A stretch of 64,000 nucleotides of DNA from Candidatus Micrarchaeota archaeon (GTDB taxonomy: Archaea; Micrarchaeota; Micrarchaeia; Anstonellales; Bilamarchaeaceae): contig JBDRCX010000006.1 in assembly GCA_043821365.1 (NCBI GenBank), forward strand, positions 160,001 to 224,000. Reading direction: 5' to 3'. Below the pieces are notes generated by a model. It had not been told where the DNA came from. It worked only from the letters and a program-made list of their open reading frames with translations, and did not search any database. Position 1 is the first letter of the stretch. Every line of letters begins with the position of its first letter. Position numbers and translations under genes: made by a program. Of the stretch, positions 50,461 to 60,397 are shown piece by piece.

Positions 50461-51231
50461 ATGACGCTCAAAGCATTAATAGTAACTGGATATGGAATAA
50501 ATTGTGAGAATGAAAGCAAATATTCAATTGAAAAAAGCGGTGGAAATGCAGAAATCATCCACGTGAATAAACTCCTTGACAATCCAAAAATGCTTGAAGA
50601 TTACAACATGTTTTTTGTACCAGGTGGTTTTGCTTTTGGTGATGATCTTGGGTCTGGAAAAGTTTTCGGCAATAAGATGAAATTCAAAATAAAAGACCAA
50701 TTAGAGGAATTTGTCAACGCAGGAAAATTAGTGGTGGGAATTTGTAATGGATTTCAGGCGTTAGTAAAGATGGGACTGTTACCAGAACCTGATTTTCAAC
50801 AAAGAGTTAGCCTTGTTGGAAATGAATCAGGCTATTTTGAGGATAGGTGGGTAATATTAAGAACAAACACTGCTTCTCCTTGTATATATACAAAGGGGAT
50901 AGAATACCTTTTTGTACCTGTTAGACACGGCGAAGGAAAATTCATACCAAAAGACCAAAATACTCTTGATCAACTAAAAGAAAAAAACCAGATTGTTTTT
51001 CAATATGTTGATGAAAATAAAAATCTTGGAGGTTATCCACACAACCCAAACGGTTCAGTTGAGAATATAGCTGGAATTTGTGATAAAAGTGGAAGGATAT
51101 TTGGAATGATGCCACACCCGGAAGCATTTAACATGCCAGAGAACTGCCCTTATTGGATTAAAGGGACGATAAAAGAAGGGTATGGATTGCGAATTTTCAA
51201 AAATGCAGTGGAATTTATGAAAGACTATTGA
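50461..51231 (+). CDS. purQ: FGAM synthase glutaminase subunit
   Basis: GYGINCE, PGGFAFGDDLG, GICNGFQ, NPNGS, MMPHPE. Confidence 0.95.
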   Translation: MTLKALIVTGYGINCENESKYSIEKSGGNAEIIHVNKLLDNPKMLEDYNMFFVPGGFAFGDDLGSGKVFGNKMKFKIKDQLEEFVNAGKLVVGICNGFQALVKMGLLPEPDFQQRVSLVGNESGYFEDRWVILRTNTASPCIYTKGIEYLFVPVRHGEGKFIPKDQNTLDQLKEKNQIVFQYVDENKNLGGYPHNPNGSVENIAGICDKSGRIFGMMPHPEAFNMPENCPYWIKGTIKEGYGLRIFKNAVEFMKDY

Positions 51232-51711
51232 TTACAAAAATTGGGAGATTAAATAGCCGATAGAAGGAATTGCCAATATTGAAAGAGAAACCAGAAAGAT
51301 TGTGTGCATCAAATCAAGAAATTCTTGTGTAAAAAAAATAGTTATTGATTCTTGTTTTCCCATTCTTTCAAAAAATCTTTTGAAATACCCCATAATAACA
51401 ATCAAGGGCACAGTAACCATTATCACAATATAAAACGATGTTATACCTGGAGTTTTAAGGAATTTAAGCACATCTGCACTGTTATTGAGAACTAGGAGAT
51501 AGATAACACTAAGAATACCCCAAAATAGAAAGAAAAAATCAATTACTCTTCCGTTTTCTGGATATAGGCCTCGAGTATATTCGCCGTCTATGAATTTTAT
51601 TGATCTTGGGAATTCCCAGATTATAAAACCAATTATGAGTAGGATAGATGAGGATAGAAATAACGAGGGTGTGAGAATAGAAAAAAAATCCCCCAGAAGA
51701 TTAAGAGCCAT
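51232..51711 (-). CDS. Four-TM membrane protein
   Basis: Hydrophobic helices from ATG 51711; the longer ORF overlaps the opposite-strand gene. Confidence 0.65.
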   Translation of the reverse strand: MALNLLGDFFSILTPSLFLSSSILLIIGFIIWEFPRSIKFIDGEYTRGLYPENGRVIDFFFLFWGILSVIYLLVLNNSADVLKFLKTPGITSFYIVIMVTVPLIVIMGYFKRFFERMGKQESITIFFTQEFLDLMHTIFLVSLSILAIPSIGYLISQFL

Positions 51712-51850
51712 TATCAGGATAATCGAATAAAATTTATAAAACATTGTCAGAAAGAATGTGCCGAACCCTAGTAAGACGATAGTCGGAATAAATATAAATG
51801 GTTGGGGCAATAAATGATTATATAAATTCAAGCTACTTGGAGGACGAAAA

Positions 51851-52540
51851 ATGGAAAAAATAAAAATGGAAATTGCTGGTGAGATATCCCTTTCAGAAGA
51901 CTCGGGAGCAACAATGAGAAAATGGAGGGAAATATTTAGTATTTCACAGGTAGAGCTAGCAAAACATTTAGACATAACAGTATCCACAATTAGTGATTAT
52001 GAAGGAAACAGAAGGAAGTCCCCTGGAACTGGAGTCATAAAAAGATTTGTAAATGCACTTTTTGACATTGATAAAATAAAGGGAGGGGGAATTGCACAAA
52101 AATTCAGAGAAAAAGAAAAACCAGTTAGTGAATATTTTGAAGTGCATGAATTCGCACGTTCAATATCCTTGAAGGATTTTGTTAACTTAATAGATGGGAA
52201 GGTTCTGACGAATGATGATCTTGTTGAAGCAAAAAAGATATACGGTTACACATTGATAGACAGCATCAAAGTGATATTAGATATGCCATTTTCATATTTC
52301 CAAAATCTCTATGGAAATGTAAACGAACGGGTGTTTATTTTCACCGGAATTAGCACAGGTAGAAGTCCTTTTGTTGTTGTGAGGGTGAGTTCATCCAAAC
52401 CATCAGCAGTGGTACTGCACAACATTGATCCAACCAAGGTCGATAAACTTGCAATTAAAATTTCAGAAAGAGAAAGAATACCTATGATTGCAACTAACAC
52501 GAGTATAGAAAAGATTAAAGATGCACTGAACAGACTTTGA
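51851..52540 (+). CDS. XRE-family HTH transcription regulator (archaeal COG1709-like)
   Basis: SQVELAKHL...STISDYEGNRRKSPG; DRTGG-like C-terminal region. Confidence 0.85.
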   Translation: MEKIKMEIAGEISLSEDSGATMRKWREIFSISQVELAKHLDITVSTISDYEGNRRKSPGTGVIKRFVNALFDIDKIKGGGIAQKFREKEKPVSEYFEVHEFARSISLKDFVNLIDGKVLTNDDLVEAKKIYGYTLIDSIKVILDMPFSYFQNLYGNVNERVFIFTGISTGRSPFVVVRVSSSKPSAVVLHNIDPTKVDKLAIKISERERIPMIATNTSIEKIKDALNRL

Positions 52541-52604
52541 TTTTTCTCTATTTTTTACGTCGTATTGTTATAAATTTAAAAAACATTCCAAAGTAATATT
52601 TCCT

Positions 52605-54212
52605 ATGCTAGAGAAAACAACTAAGTTTATAGTAATTGCTGGCTCGATAATGTCTGGGCTTGGAAAAGGAATAGTAACTTCTTCTATCGCAAAATTATTG
52701 GCTTCTAGAGGATTCAAAGTAGTACCAATAAAATTTGATGGATATTTGAATGTTGATTGTGGTACCATGAATCCATTCAGGCATGGTGAAGTGTTTGTTT
52801 TAGATGATGGTACGGAAGTTGATATGGATTTTGGTACCTATGAACGATTTTTGAATAAATCACTGCCAGGAATGTGTTCCATAACTGGTGGGAAGTTATT
52901 TCAGAGAATTATCGAAAAGGAAAGAAAAGGGGAATATTTAGGAAGAGATGTTCAGTTTGTACCCCACCTAACCAACGAAATAAAAAATTGGGTAGAAAAT
53001 GTTGGTAAAGAGAATGATGCTGACGTTGTATTAGTGGAAGTGGGGGGTACTGTTGGGGATATGGAAAACAGTTATTTTATAGAAGCTATGAGGCAGCTTT
53101 ATTTTGAAAGAGACAATATGGTTTTTATTCAACTGACCTATGTTCCAAGCCTTAGTCCTGGTGAACCAAAAACAAAACCAACACAACAAGCAACAAGATT
53201 ACTTCAAAGCTTAGGAATACAACCTGGAATGATATTGACAAGAGAACAGGAAAAACTTTCTGATGAATCACGGAAGAAAATAAGCCTATATTGTAATGTT
53301 CCTGAAGATGCTGTATTTGACGATCCAATGGTAAGTACTGTTTATGAACTTCCACTTTTGTTGGAAAAACAAAAATTTTACAAGCAACTTGCAAAGCAAC
53401 TTGGACTTGATGAAAATAAAGAAGCAGATCTTAAGGAATGGCAAAGAAAAGTTAGCCATATTATTGAACCTCGTGGAAAAGCATTGAAAATCGCAATAAT
53501 TGGAAAGTATACTGCAGTGAAAGATGCATATATTAGTGTGAAGGAAGCCCTTGTGCATGCAGGTGCTGCCGTAAATAGTAATCTGGAAATTGGATGGGTT
53601 GAAGCAAATGAATTAGAAAAAAATGATCCCAGTGAATTATTGAAAAAATATGATGGAATACTTGTACCAGGTGGTTTTGGAAGCCGTGGTATTGAGGGTA
53701 AAATAAAAGCAATAAAATATGCAAGAGAAAACAAGATCCCATATCTTGGATTGTGTCTTGGATTACAATTGATGGTAGTTGAATATGCAAGAAATGTTTG
53801 CGGAATGACAGATGCAAACTCAACTGAGTTTAATAAAAAAACAAAATACCCAGTAATCGATATGCTTCCAGAACAACAACAAATTTCAAGATTAGGCGGG
53901 ACGATGAGACTTGGGGCATATGAGTGTGTTATAAACAAAGGAACTATTGCACACAATGCTTACAAAAAAGAGAATGTGAATGAACGACATAGACACAGGT
54001 ATGAAGTAAATCCAGAATATGTGAAGCAACTAACGGATAGAGGTTTGGTTGTTTCAGCAATTCATCCAAAAAATAATATTGTTGAGATGACAGAATGGAA
54101 AGAAAACTTTGGGATTGCAACACAAGCACATGTTGAATTGAAAAGTAGACTGGAAGAGCCTGCACCAATTTTCCTTGAATTTATGAAAGCAGTAAAACAG
54201 AAAGTAGAATAG
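52605..54212 (+). CDS. pyrG: CTP synthase
   Basis: SGLGKG, KFDGYLNVD, HGEVFV, KTKPTQ, GLCLG, ERHRHRYE. Confidence 0.97.
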   Translation: MLEKTTKFIVIAGSIMSGLGKGIVTSSIAKLLASRGFKVVPIKFDGYLNVDCGTMNPFRHGEVFVLDDGTEVDMDFGTYERFLNKSLPGMCSITGGKLFQRIIEKERKGEYLGRDVQFVPHLTNEIKNWVENVGKENDADVVLVEVGGTVGDMENSYFIEAMRQLYFERDNMVFIQLTYVPSLSPGEPKTKPTQQATRLLQSLGIQPGMILTREQEKLSDESRKKISLYCNVPEDAVFDDPMVSTVYELPLLLEKQKFYKQLAKQLGLDENKEADLKEWQRKVSHIIEPRGKALKIAIIGKYTAVKDAYISVKEALVHAGAAVNSNLEIGWVEANELEKNDPSELLKKYDGILVPGGFGSRGIEGKIKAIKYARENKIPYLGLCLGLQLMVVEYARNVCGMTDANSTEFNKKTKYPVIDMLPEQQQISRLGGTMRLGAYECVINKGTIAHNAYKKENVNERHRHRYEVNPEYVKQLTDRGLVVSAIHPKNNIVEMTEWKENFGIATQAHVELKSRLEEPAPIFLEFMKAVKQKVE

Positions 54213-54345
54213 AAAAAGATTTGGGCCCGCGCGGAATCGAACCGCGTGTCTCCTGCATTTTGAATCGCCAAAATAGCGACCCCGTTTTGGGCCGCCTGTT
54301 ACCACAAGGCGGAATGTCAAGCAGGCGTCTTAACCATTGTCAGTA

Positions 54346-54395
54346 CAAGCTTCTTACAATCAAAAATAACAAGGTTAAAAAGCTTGACCAAAAAC
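54346..54395 (-). repeat. REP-like element, degenerate copy inside the tRNA intron
   Basis: Minus strand GTTTTTGG-TCAAGC-TTTTT, long loop, then AAGCTTG. Confidence 0.5.
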
Positions 54396-54443
54396 CAAAA
54401 TGATGGTTTTTAGATAACCTTTTTAGTACACCCTAAACAATCA

Positions 54444-54477
54444 GTTTTTGGGTGCACCTTTTTCCTAAAAAGGTGCA
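54444..54477 (+). repeat. REP-like hairpin element, copy 3, inside the tRNA intron
   Basis: GTTTTTGG-G-TGCACC-TTTTT-CCT-AAAAA-GGTGCA. Confidence 0.75.
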
Positions 54478-54525
54478 TCGACTACGGGCCCTAGGACTAA
54501 TTCATATGCCAATAGATTTTATATA

Positions 54526-54768
54526 TTATCCATCTGTGGAAAAAACGTATGTTTTTTCCCAAACAGCTTGTTTTTGTGTTGAAGCGATTGCTTGTTTTGC
54601 TAAATTTCTAACTGTATACGAAGGATCGTGTTCTGATATATAATTAAGAGAAAGTTTCGCCAAGTTGTTGTTTTGTACAAGTTGTTTAAGTTGCTTTATG
54701 GCTTCTTTTCTCCTCATTATGCTTTTACTAGATAATTTTTTTAGCAAATATGCAATATCATCATTCAT
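54526..54768 (-). CDS. Small HEAT-repeat-like protein
   Basis: RRKEAIKQL and DPSYTVRNLAKQAI. Confidence 0.7.
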   Translation of the reverse strand: MNDDIAYLLKKLSSKSIMRRKEAIKQLKQLVQNNNLAKLSLNYISEHDPSYTVRNLAKQAIASTQKQAVWEKTYVFSTDG

Positions 54769-56899
54769 GTTTACCCCCCTTAAACCAAGACCTTAATCTG
54801 GTCCACCTATCTACAAGAAAATCATGAATTGTTCCGACAAGATACGGTTCATACAGAACAGTTTGTTGTTTTGATTCTGTAGGTACAAGTGTTGTTTCAA
54901 CCTGACTTTGAGTGTATTCAACTGGTCTATGAGAAAGGAATGTGATCAGATAATCTGATAGATACCCTCTTTCCAGATCTAATCTTGGTCCTTGTAATGT
55001 TAGTTGTATACCTTCTCTGCTGTGAAGTATTTGTGCTGCTTCGATAATTCTATCTGAAGTATCTGGAACTAAATTATCAAATCTTGCCTGTCTTTCTGCA
55101 TCTGCGTGTATTTTTGCTTCGGCAGCTTTACGACGTTCTGGTTTCATCTGTTCAAGATCGTCAATAAGTGGTGGAACCAACATCCTATTTCTCTTAATTC
55201 TTTGAATTGCTACTGCTGCAATGGCATCTAATCTTGATAATGTATCATCAGAATATTGTCCATATGTTTGGCCTATGCAAACAATCCGATTCAGTTGAAC
55301 TAATTGATCGATAGTAAGTTCGTCAAAGTTTTGGAAGCGTTCGAGTACATGCGTTCTGAGTTCTCCAAGTTGTTCGCGCAACGCAGTTTGAGTTCTTTCG
55401 TCATTTGTTTTTTTAGCTTCTGTAAATGCCTCACGAATTCCTTCTCTAAATTCGCATATTTCATCAAAAGACATATTTTGTAATTGTTTTTGTTCAGCTA
55501 CTGGTGCGCCACCAGTTGTTCTTATGTCAAGTTGGAACCCTGGAATTTGGATTCCTGCCATGTTATATTCAATAAGAACTGATAGTGCCTTTTGTCTTTC
55601 TTCCTGTTGTTTGATTTTTCTTAATATAACTGCGCCAATACGATCAAGTTCATTTTCTTCTTCTTGAGTAAGTGTTTTTTTATCTGCCCAAATTAATCCA
55701 GTTAATTCAGCCAAGTGATTAAGAGGTAAAATATTCAACGTATCTTCATCTGCATCGCGATATGTTTCCAGTCCAGATTGTGGCGTAACTCTGATTGGCT
55801 CAATAGCAGAACCTGGCATTTTCACCCCGATTCTAACTAACATCGCTCTTCTTTCTTGAATATCATCAGTAATTGAATCCGCAGGCTCTGCATATACTGA
55901 GAGGATTTCGCTTCCAGTTTGTTCCAATAAAGGTCTTAAATAATTAAGTTCATGTTGTTGAAAAAGTTGAATCAGGTGTCTTGCAGCTATAAATTGTCTA
56001 TCATCCGCCAGATCCAGCTGTGCCCGTAATGAGTGTATTGTATGGAGTGATGTTGCTGTGGATGCAAGCTCTGGAGTTTGCGCTCCGATATCACGTGCAA
56101 TTGCATAGAAATAAGGAGGAAGTGATTCTGCATAAGTAAGAATTTCAAGAGTTGTTCTTACGATTTCAATATCTTCATCAAAAAGCATTCTTTGGAAAAA
56201 ATCAAACTTTTTTTCATATGGTGATTGAAGAATATCCATCCCAACAACAGACAAATGTTGTCTAAGATCTGCCCATGGGTGTTCTTCCCAACTAAGTCCT
56301 TCCCTCATTGGCTCTTCGAGCATTAGTTTTATGACAACAGATTGGCAAGCTTCATCATTACCAAGTAAAAATTCATCCCAAAAATTAAGATTACCATAAC
56401 AAAGTTCCCACAGTGCATTCAAACTAGCAACCTTAGCAGCAGATTTAGAGGGATCATCAGAACGATAGTGGCTTGACACGTCAGCCAAACTTCTTAGTTT
56501 GGCAACAACATCATCCAAATGAGTAGTTATTTTATCTCCCCTTTCATCAACTGGTAAATATGCTGCTGCTTCTGCAAAGAATGTAGCAATAACAGTAAGT
56601 TTTCTTGTTTGTTCTGCTGAATCAAATAGATATGACGGGATGCTGCGAAGATCTTTGGCTAATTCTCTCATTGTTTTGTGTTTACCAGCTTCAGTTAGCC
56701 CAGCAAATAGTTCCATTCCTTCTCTAAATACACTACCTGAATCCTCACCAGGATGGCGAATTGGATAACGTATCATATCTTCTATGTGCGATATTCTTTT
56801 GCTCTCTTTAAGATAATTTCTGAAGCTACCACATTGGGCTTTGTGTTCACGAAATGTTGGTCTTGATAATTGAGGCTGAGGATTGATGAATATCACCAA
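54761..56899 (-). CDS. Large helical hypothetical protein
   Basis: 712-aa ORF with HEAT-like DEDIEIVRTTL. Confidence 0.7.
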   Translation of the reverse strand: MVIFINPQPQLSRPTFREHKAQCGSFRNYLKESKRISHIEDMIRYPIRHPGEDSGSVFREGMELFAGLTEAGKHKTMRELAKDLRSIPSYLFDSAEQTRKLTVIATFFAEAAAYLPVDERGDKITTHLDDVVAKLRSLADVSSHYRSDDPSKSAAKVASLNALWELCYGNLNFWDEFLLGNDEACQSVVIKLMLEEPMREGLSWEEHPWADLRQHLSVVGMDILQSPYEKKFDFFQRMLFDEDIEIVRTTLEILTYAESLPPYFYAIARDIGAQTPELASTATSLHTIHSLRAQLDLADDRQFIAARHLIQLFQQHELNYLRPLLEQTGSEILSVYAEPADSITDDIQERRAMLVRIGVKMPGSAIEPIRVTPQSGLETYRDADEDTLNILPLNHLAELTGLIWADKKTLTQEEENELDRIGAVILRKIKQQEERQKALSVLIEYNMAGIQIPGFQLDIRTTGGAPVAEQKQLQNMSFDEICEFREGIREAFTEAKKTNDERTQTALREQLGELRTHVLERFQNFDELTIDQLVQLNRIVCIGQTYGQYSDDTLSRLDAIAAVAIQRIKRNRMLVPPLIDDLEQMKPERRKAAEAKIHADAERQARFDNLVPDTSDRIIEAAQILHSREGIQLTLQGPRLDLERGYLSDYLITFLSHRPVEYTQSQVETTLVPTESKQQTVLYEPYLVGTIHDFLVDRWTRLRSWFKGGKHE

Positions 56900-57023
56900 T
56901 CTAATTTATGCCAGAAAGTGTTTATAAATGTGTATGTTTATGGTAAAACGAGGTTATAATCTTTTAAAGAAAGGAATTTGAATGCTATTAGACCAATACC
57001 TATCACAACTTCTAGGTGTTCAT

Positions 57024-58769
57024 ATGAAATTCAAACGTTCACCCATAATCTGTATTTTGGGTCATGTTGATCATGGCAAAACAACACTCCTAGACAGTAT
57101 CAGAGGGACCACAGTAGCAAAAAAAGAAGCAGGCGGGATAACACAGATGATAGGGGCAAGCTATGTATCAAAAAAAGACATCGACAATTTAGCAAAAGAC
57201 CTTGCAGAAAAAATGAGGGTAAACCTGGGAATACCTGGATTGTTATTCATTGATACGCCTGGCCATGAAGCTTTCACAAATTTAAGAGATAGGGGAGGAA
57301 GTTTAGCAGATCTTGTAATCTTGATTGTAGACGTAAATAGTGGTTTTCAACCACAAACAATTGAGAGCGTAAAAATACTCAAACAGTATAAAACTCCTTT
57401 TGTAATAGCAGCAAATAAGATTGATGCCATAAATGGATGGAAAACAGCAAAAACAACATCAATTATGGAAGCGATTTCAAAACAACCAGAACATATTCAA
57501 GCTCGTTTAGACGAAAAATTATATGGAATTATGGGGAAAATATCTGAATATGGTTTTGATAGTGAACGATTTGACCGTGTTAATGATTTCACCAAACAAA
57601 TTGCCATAATACCAATAAGCGCCAGGACAATGGAGGGACTGAGTGAGCTTCTTGTTTTGATTGGGGGGTTAAGTCAAAAATTCCTTGGGCAGGAACTGGA
57701 AATTGAAGATACTGGACGAGGAAAAGGTAGTATTGTAGAAGTGAAGGATGAAAAAGGACTTGGAACTACTCTTGACGTTATAATCTATGATGGAATTGTA
57801 AGAAAAAATGATGAGATACTTTTTATGAGTACAAATGGAATTGCAAAAACAAAAATACGTGGACTATTAGAACCAAATCTTGGAGGAAAAGAAAAATTTG
57901 TATTTGTTAATGAAGTTGTTGCAGCAGCAGGGGTAAAAATATATGCGCCAGGATTTGAAAATGCCATACCCGGCTCCCCAATAGAAGTTATCCAGGATTT
58001 TGAAAATGATCGTAAAACCATAGAGGCACAATTCAAGAGTGTTATTTTCCAGAAAAATAATGAAAGTGGAGTTATTTTGAGGGCTGACAGCCTAGGTTCT
58101 GTAGAAGCACTTTTAAGACTGCTCAAGGATGCTGAGATAGAAGTTTCAGATGCAGCAGTTGGTAATATAACCAGAAAAGATGTGCTCGCAGCCTCTGCTG
58201 TGGCTCAGAACGACCAATTTCTGGGTGTTGTTCTTGGATTTAATGTGAAAGTGTTGGATGAAGCACGAGAGGAAGGGAATAAATCAGAGATACCAATAAT
58301 TTATAGTGATATTATCTATCGTTTGATAGACCAGTACAAAGAATGGGTAAAAGAAGAAAAAGAAAAAATAAAGAAAAATGCACTTCAGAAAAATGTTTGG
58401 CCAGGAAAAATAAAGATATTAGATGGGCATATATTCCGTGCATCAAAACCAGCAATATTTGGTGTTGAAGTTCTTGCAGGTAGAATAAGAAAGAACTATC
58501 GCCTCATGAATAAACGTGGCGATGTTGTTGGGGAAATAAGAGAGATACAAAAAGAAAAAGAGAAGGTTGAGGAAGCGGGAGTAGGAGACCAACTTGCAAT
58601 ATCCTGTGATGGCATACATGTTGGAAAGAACGTAGAACCAACAGAACTTCTCTATAGCTATATGAACGAGGATGAAATAAAAAAATGGGACGAACAAATT
58701 TCAATGCTCAATGAACATGAAAAAATTGTTTTTGAAGAAATGAAAAAGATTTTGAGGAAATACTTCTAA
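57024..58769 (+). CDS. infB: Translation initiation factor aIF5B
   Basis: RSPIICILGHVDHGKTT, DTPGHEAF, NKID; start moved to ATG 57024. Confidence 0.97.
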   Translation: MKFKRSPIICILGHVDHGKTTLLDSIRGTTVAKKEAGGITQMIGASYVSKKDIDNLAKDLAEKMRVNLGIPGLLFIDTPGHEAFTNLRDRGGSLADLVILIVDVNSGFQPQTIESVKILKQYKTPFVIAANKIDAINGWKTAKTTSIMEAISKQPEHIQARLDEKLYGIMGKISEYGFDSERFDRVNDFTKQIAIIPISARTMEGLSELLVLIGGLSQKFLGQELEIEDTGRGKGSIVEVKDEKGLGTTLDVIIYDGIVRKNDEILFMSTNGIAKTKIRGLLEPNLGGKEKFVFVNEVVAAAGVKIYAPGFENAIPGSPIEVIQDFENDRKTIEAQFKSVIFQKNNESGVILRADSLGSVEALLRLLKDAEIEVSDAAVGNITRKDVLAASAVAQNDQFLGVVLGFNVKVLDEAREEGNKSEIPIIYSDIIYRLIDQYKEWVKEEKEKIKKNALQKNVWPGKIKILDGHIFRASKPAIFGVEVLAGRIRKNYRLMNKRGDVVGEIREIQKEKEKVEEAGVGDQLAISCDGIHVGKNVEPTELLYSYMNEDEIKKWDEQISMLNEHEKIVFEEMKKILRKYF

Positions 58770-58806
58770 ACGTATCTTTTTATTTATTACCACACAATAA
58801 ACATTT

Positions 58807-59343
58807 GTGAGAAACATAATTTTACCCACAGACCAAGTAATGCAACTAACTAGAGTTAGATCTGCAAAAAAGGAATTGCAACTAAGATTTATGGGACCAG
58901 AAGGACTGGCTCCAGGAGCAGATAATAGATGGACAAATGATCATAAAGAGGTTTTTGTTTCACTATCAGGAAGAGATGGGAAGAAAAAAGACCATAGAAT
59001 AGCAGTAGTTTGTGGTGTGGGACATCATGAAAAAGTAGAAGGATTGGGCATAATGGCCCACATAAAATTTGAAGATGGATGGGTTGAAATTGCAAGTATT
59101 AGCACCGGAGAAAGAGTTGGATATGTTGCCCCACCTCCAGAGGCAAGAGGCCGTGGACTTTTTGGAGTGGTATTGGCAGAGACAGTTGCATTGGCTCTGG
59201 AAAATGATGTTAGAATAGTTTCTGTTATTCCAGATAATAAAAAATTAAGATATTATTATGCAGGATATGATTTTGTGGGGTCCCAAAAAGGAGCGCTATT
59301 TTTACCAATAGATAATTTCTCCCTTGAACCTAGTTATAGCTAA
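58807..59343 (+). CDS. GNAT-like hypothetical protein
   Basis: EARGRGLFGVVL motif A, LRYYYAGYDF motif B. Confidence 0.6.
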   Translation: MRNIILPTDQVMQLTRVRSAKKELQLRFMGPEGLAPGADNRWTNDHKEVFVSLSGRDGKKKDHRIAVVCGVGHHEKVEGLGIMAHIKFEDGWVEIASISTGERVGYVAPPPEARGRGLFGVVLAETVALALENDVRIVSVIPDNKKLRYYYAGYDFVGSQKGALFLPIDNFSLEPSYS

Positions 59344-59368
59344 ATAACTTTCCGATCAAACAATCATC

Positions 59369-60373
59369 ATGATTATTGGACTCACTGGTGAAAACTGTGC
59401 AGGAAAAAGCACAGTTTGTGAATACCTAAGAAAAAAAGGATTTTACTATTTATCACTTTCAGACGTGATTAGAGAGGAACTAAGCACAGATGGTGTGGAA
59501 ATTACACGCGAAACCCTCATCAAAAAAGGTAACAAAATGCGTGAGCAGTTTGGGCCTGGTATCCTAGCTAAAAAAATATTATTGAAAGTAGACAGTGATA
59601 AAAACTACGTCGTGGATTCAATAAGAAATGCCGCAGAAGTTGAAGAATTGAAAACCAGCCAGGGATTCTTTTTATTTTATATTACTGCACCAGAAGAGGT
59701 TCGATTTAGAAGAATGAAAATGCGCAAACGAGAAGGGGATCCGGTCACGTTTGATGCATTTATTAGAATAGAAGAGATTGAGAAAAAAAGTACCAATGTT
59801 GCTCATCAATCAATTATTGATGCAATAGAAAGAGCAGACAAAAAAATAGTAAATGATAGTGATCTACAACGCCTATATGATTCAATAGATTTGGCATTGG
59901 GAGAAATATCTGAAGATTTCAAATTACATCGCCCAAGTTGGGATGAATATTTTATGGGAATAGCTAAAGTCGTTGCATCAAGAAGCAATTGCATCAAAAG
60001 AAAAGTTGCTGCAGTTATTGTAAAGGATAAGAGGATAATCTCAACTGGATATAATGGCACACCAAGAGGCGTGAGAAATTGTAACGAAGGGGGGTGTCCG
60101 AGGTGTAATTCTTTTTCAGATAGTGGAAAGAATTTGGAGGAATGTTACTGTTCACATGGAGAAGAGAATGCAATTGTTCAAGCATCTTACCACGGTATTT
60201 CAATAAAAAATGCAGTTGTTTACACTACTTTTTCACCGTGTTTAATTTGCACAAAAATGATATTAAATGCGGGAATTTCCGAGGTTGTGTATAATGCAGA
60301 GTATCCACTTGGAGAAGCACCATTGAAACTTTTAAGAGAAGCAGGGGTAATTGTCAGGCAGGTTAAGATTTAA
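59369..60373 (+). CDS. P-loop nucleotide kinase-like domain fused to dCMP deaminase
   Basis: GENCAGKS; then RPSWDEYFM, TGYNG, HGEENAI, PCLIC. Confidence 0.88.
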   Translation: MIIGLTGENCAGKSTVCEYLRKKGFYYLSLSDVIREELSTDGVEITRETLIKKGNKMREQFGPGILAKKILLKVDSDKNYVVDSIRNAAEVEELKTSQGFFLFYITAPEEVRFRRMKMRKREGDPVTFDAFIRIEEIEKKSTNVAHQSIIDAIERADKKIVNDSDLQRLYDSIDLALGEISEDFKLHRPSWDEYFMGIAKVVASRSNCIKRKVAAVIVKDKRIISTGYNGTPRGVRNCNEGGCPRCNSFSDSGKNLEECYCSHGEENAIVQASYHGISIKNAVVYTTFSPCLICTKMILNAGISEVVYNAEYPLGEAPLKLLREAGVIVRQVKI

Positions 60374-60397
60374 TACTCGCTATACAAATTAGAATTG

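Larger units (their letters stand above)
54222..54491 (-). tRNA. tRNA-Val(GAC) with two introns; exons 54491-54479, 54338-54315, 54257-54222
   Basis: Perfect acceptor GGGCCCG/CGGGCCC-A, D stem GUC/GAC, anticodon stem CCUGC/GCAGG, T arm CGCGG-UUCGAUU-CCGCG; bulge-helix geometry at both junctions; TATA about 25 nt upstream. Confidence 0.82.

Noticed and set aside
51712-51987. N-terminal extension of the 251-aa minus-strand ORF
   Set aside because: It overlaps the XRE regulator on the opposite strand and the divergent promoter region.
54346-54352. AAGCUUG as the 5' acceptor strand of a contiguous tRNA
   Set aside because: It gives two A-C mismatches and no D stem; the exon at 54479-54491 pairs perfectly.
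54054-54403. ORFs 54054..54320, 54062..54271 and 54221..54403
   Set aside because: They are shadows of the pyrG end and the GC-rich tRNA.
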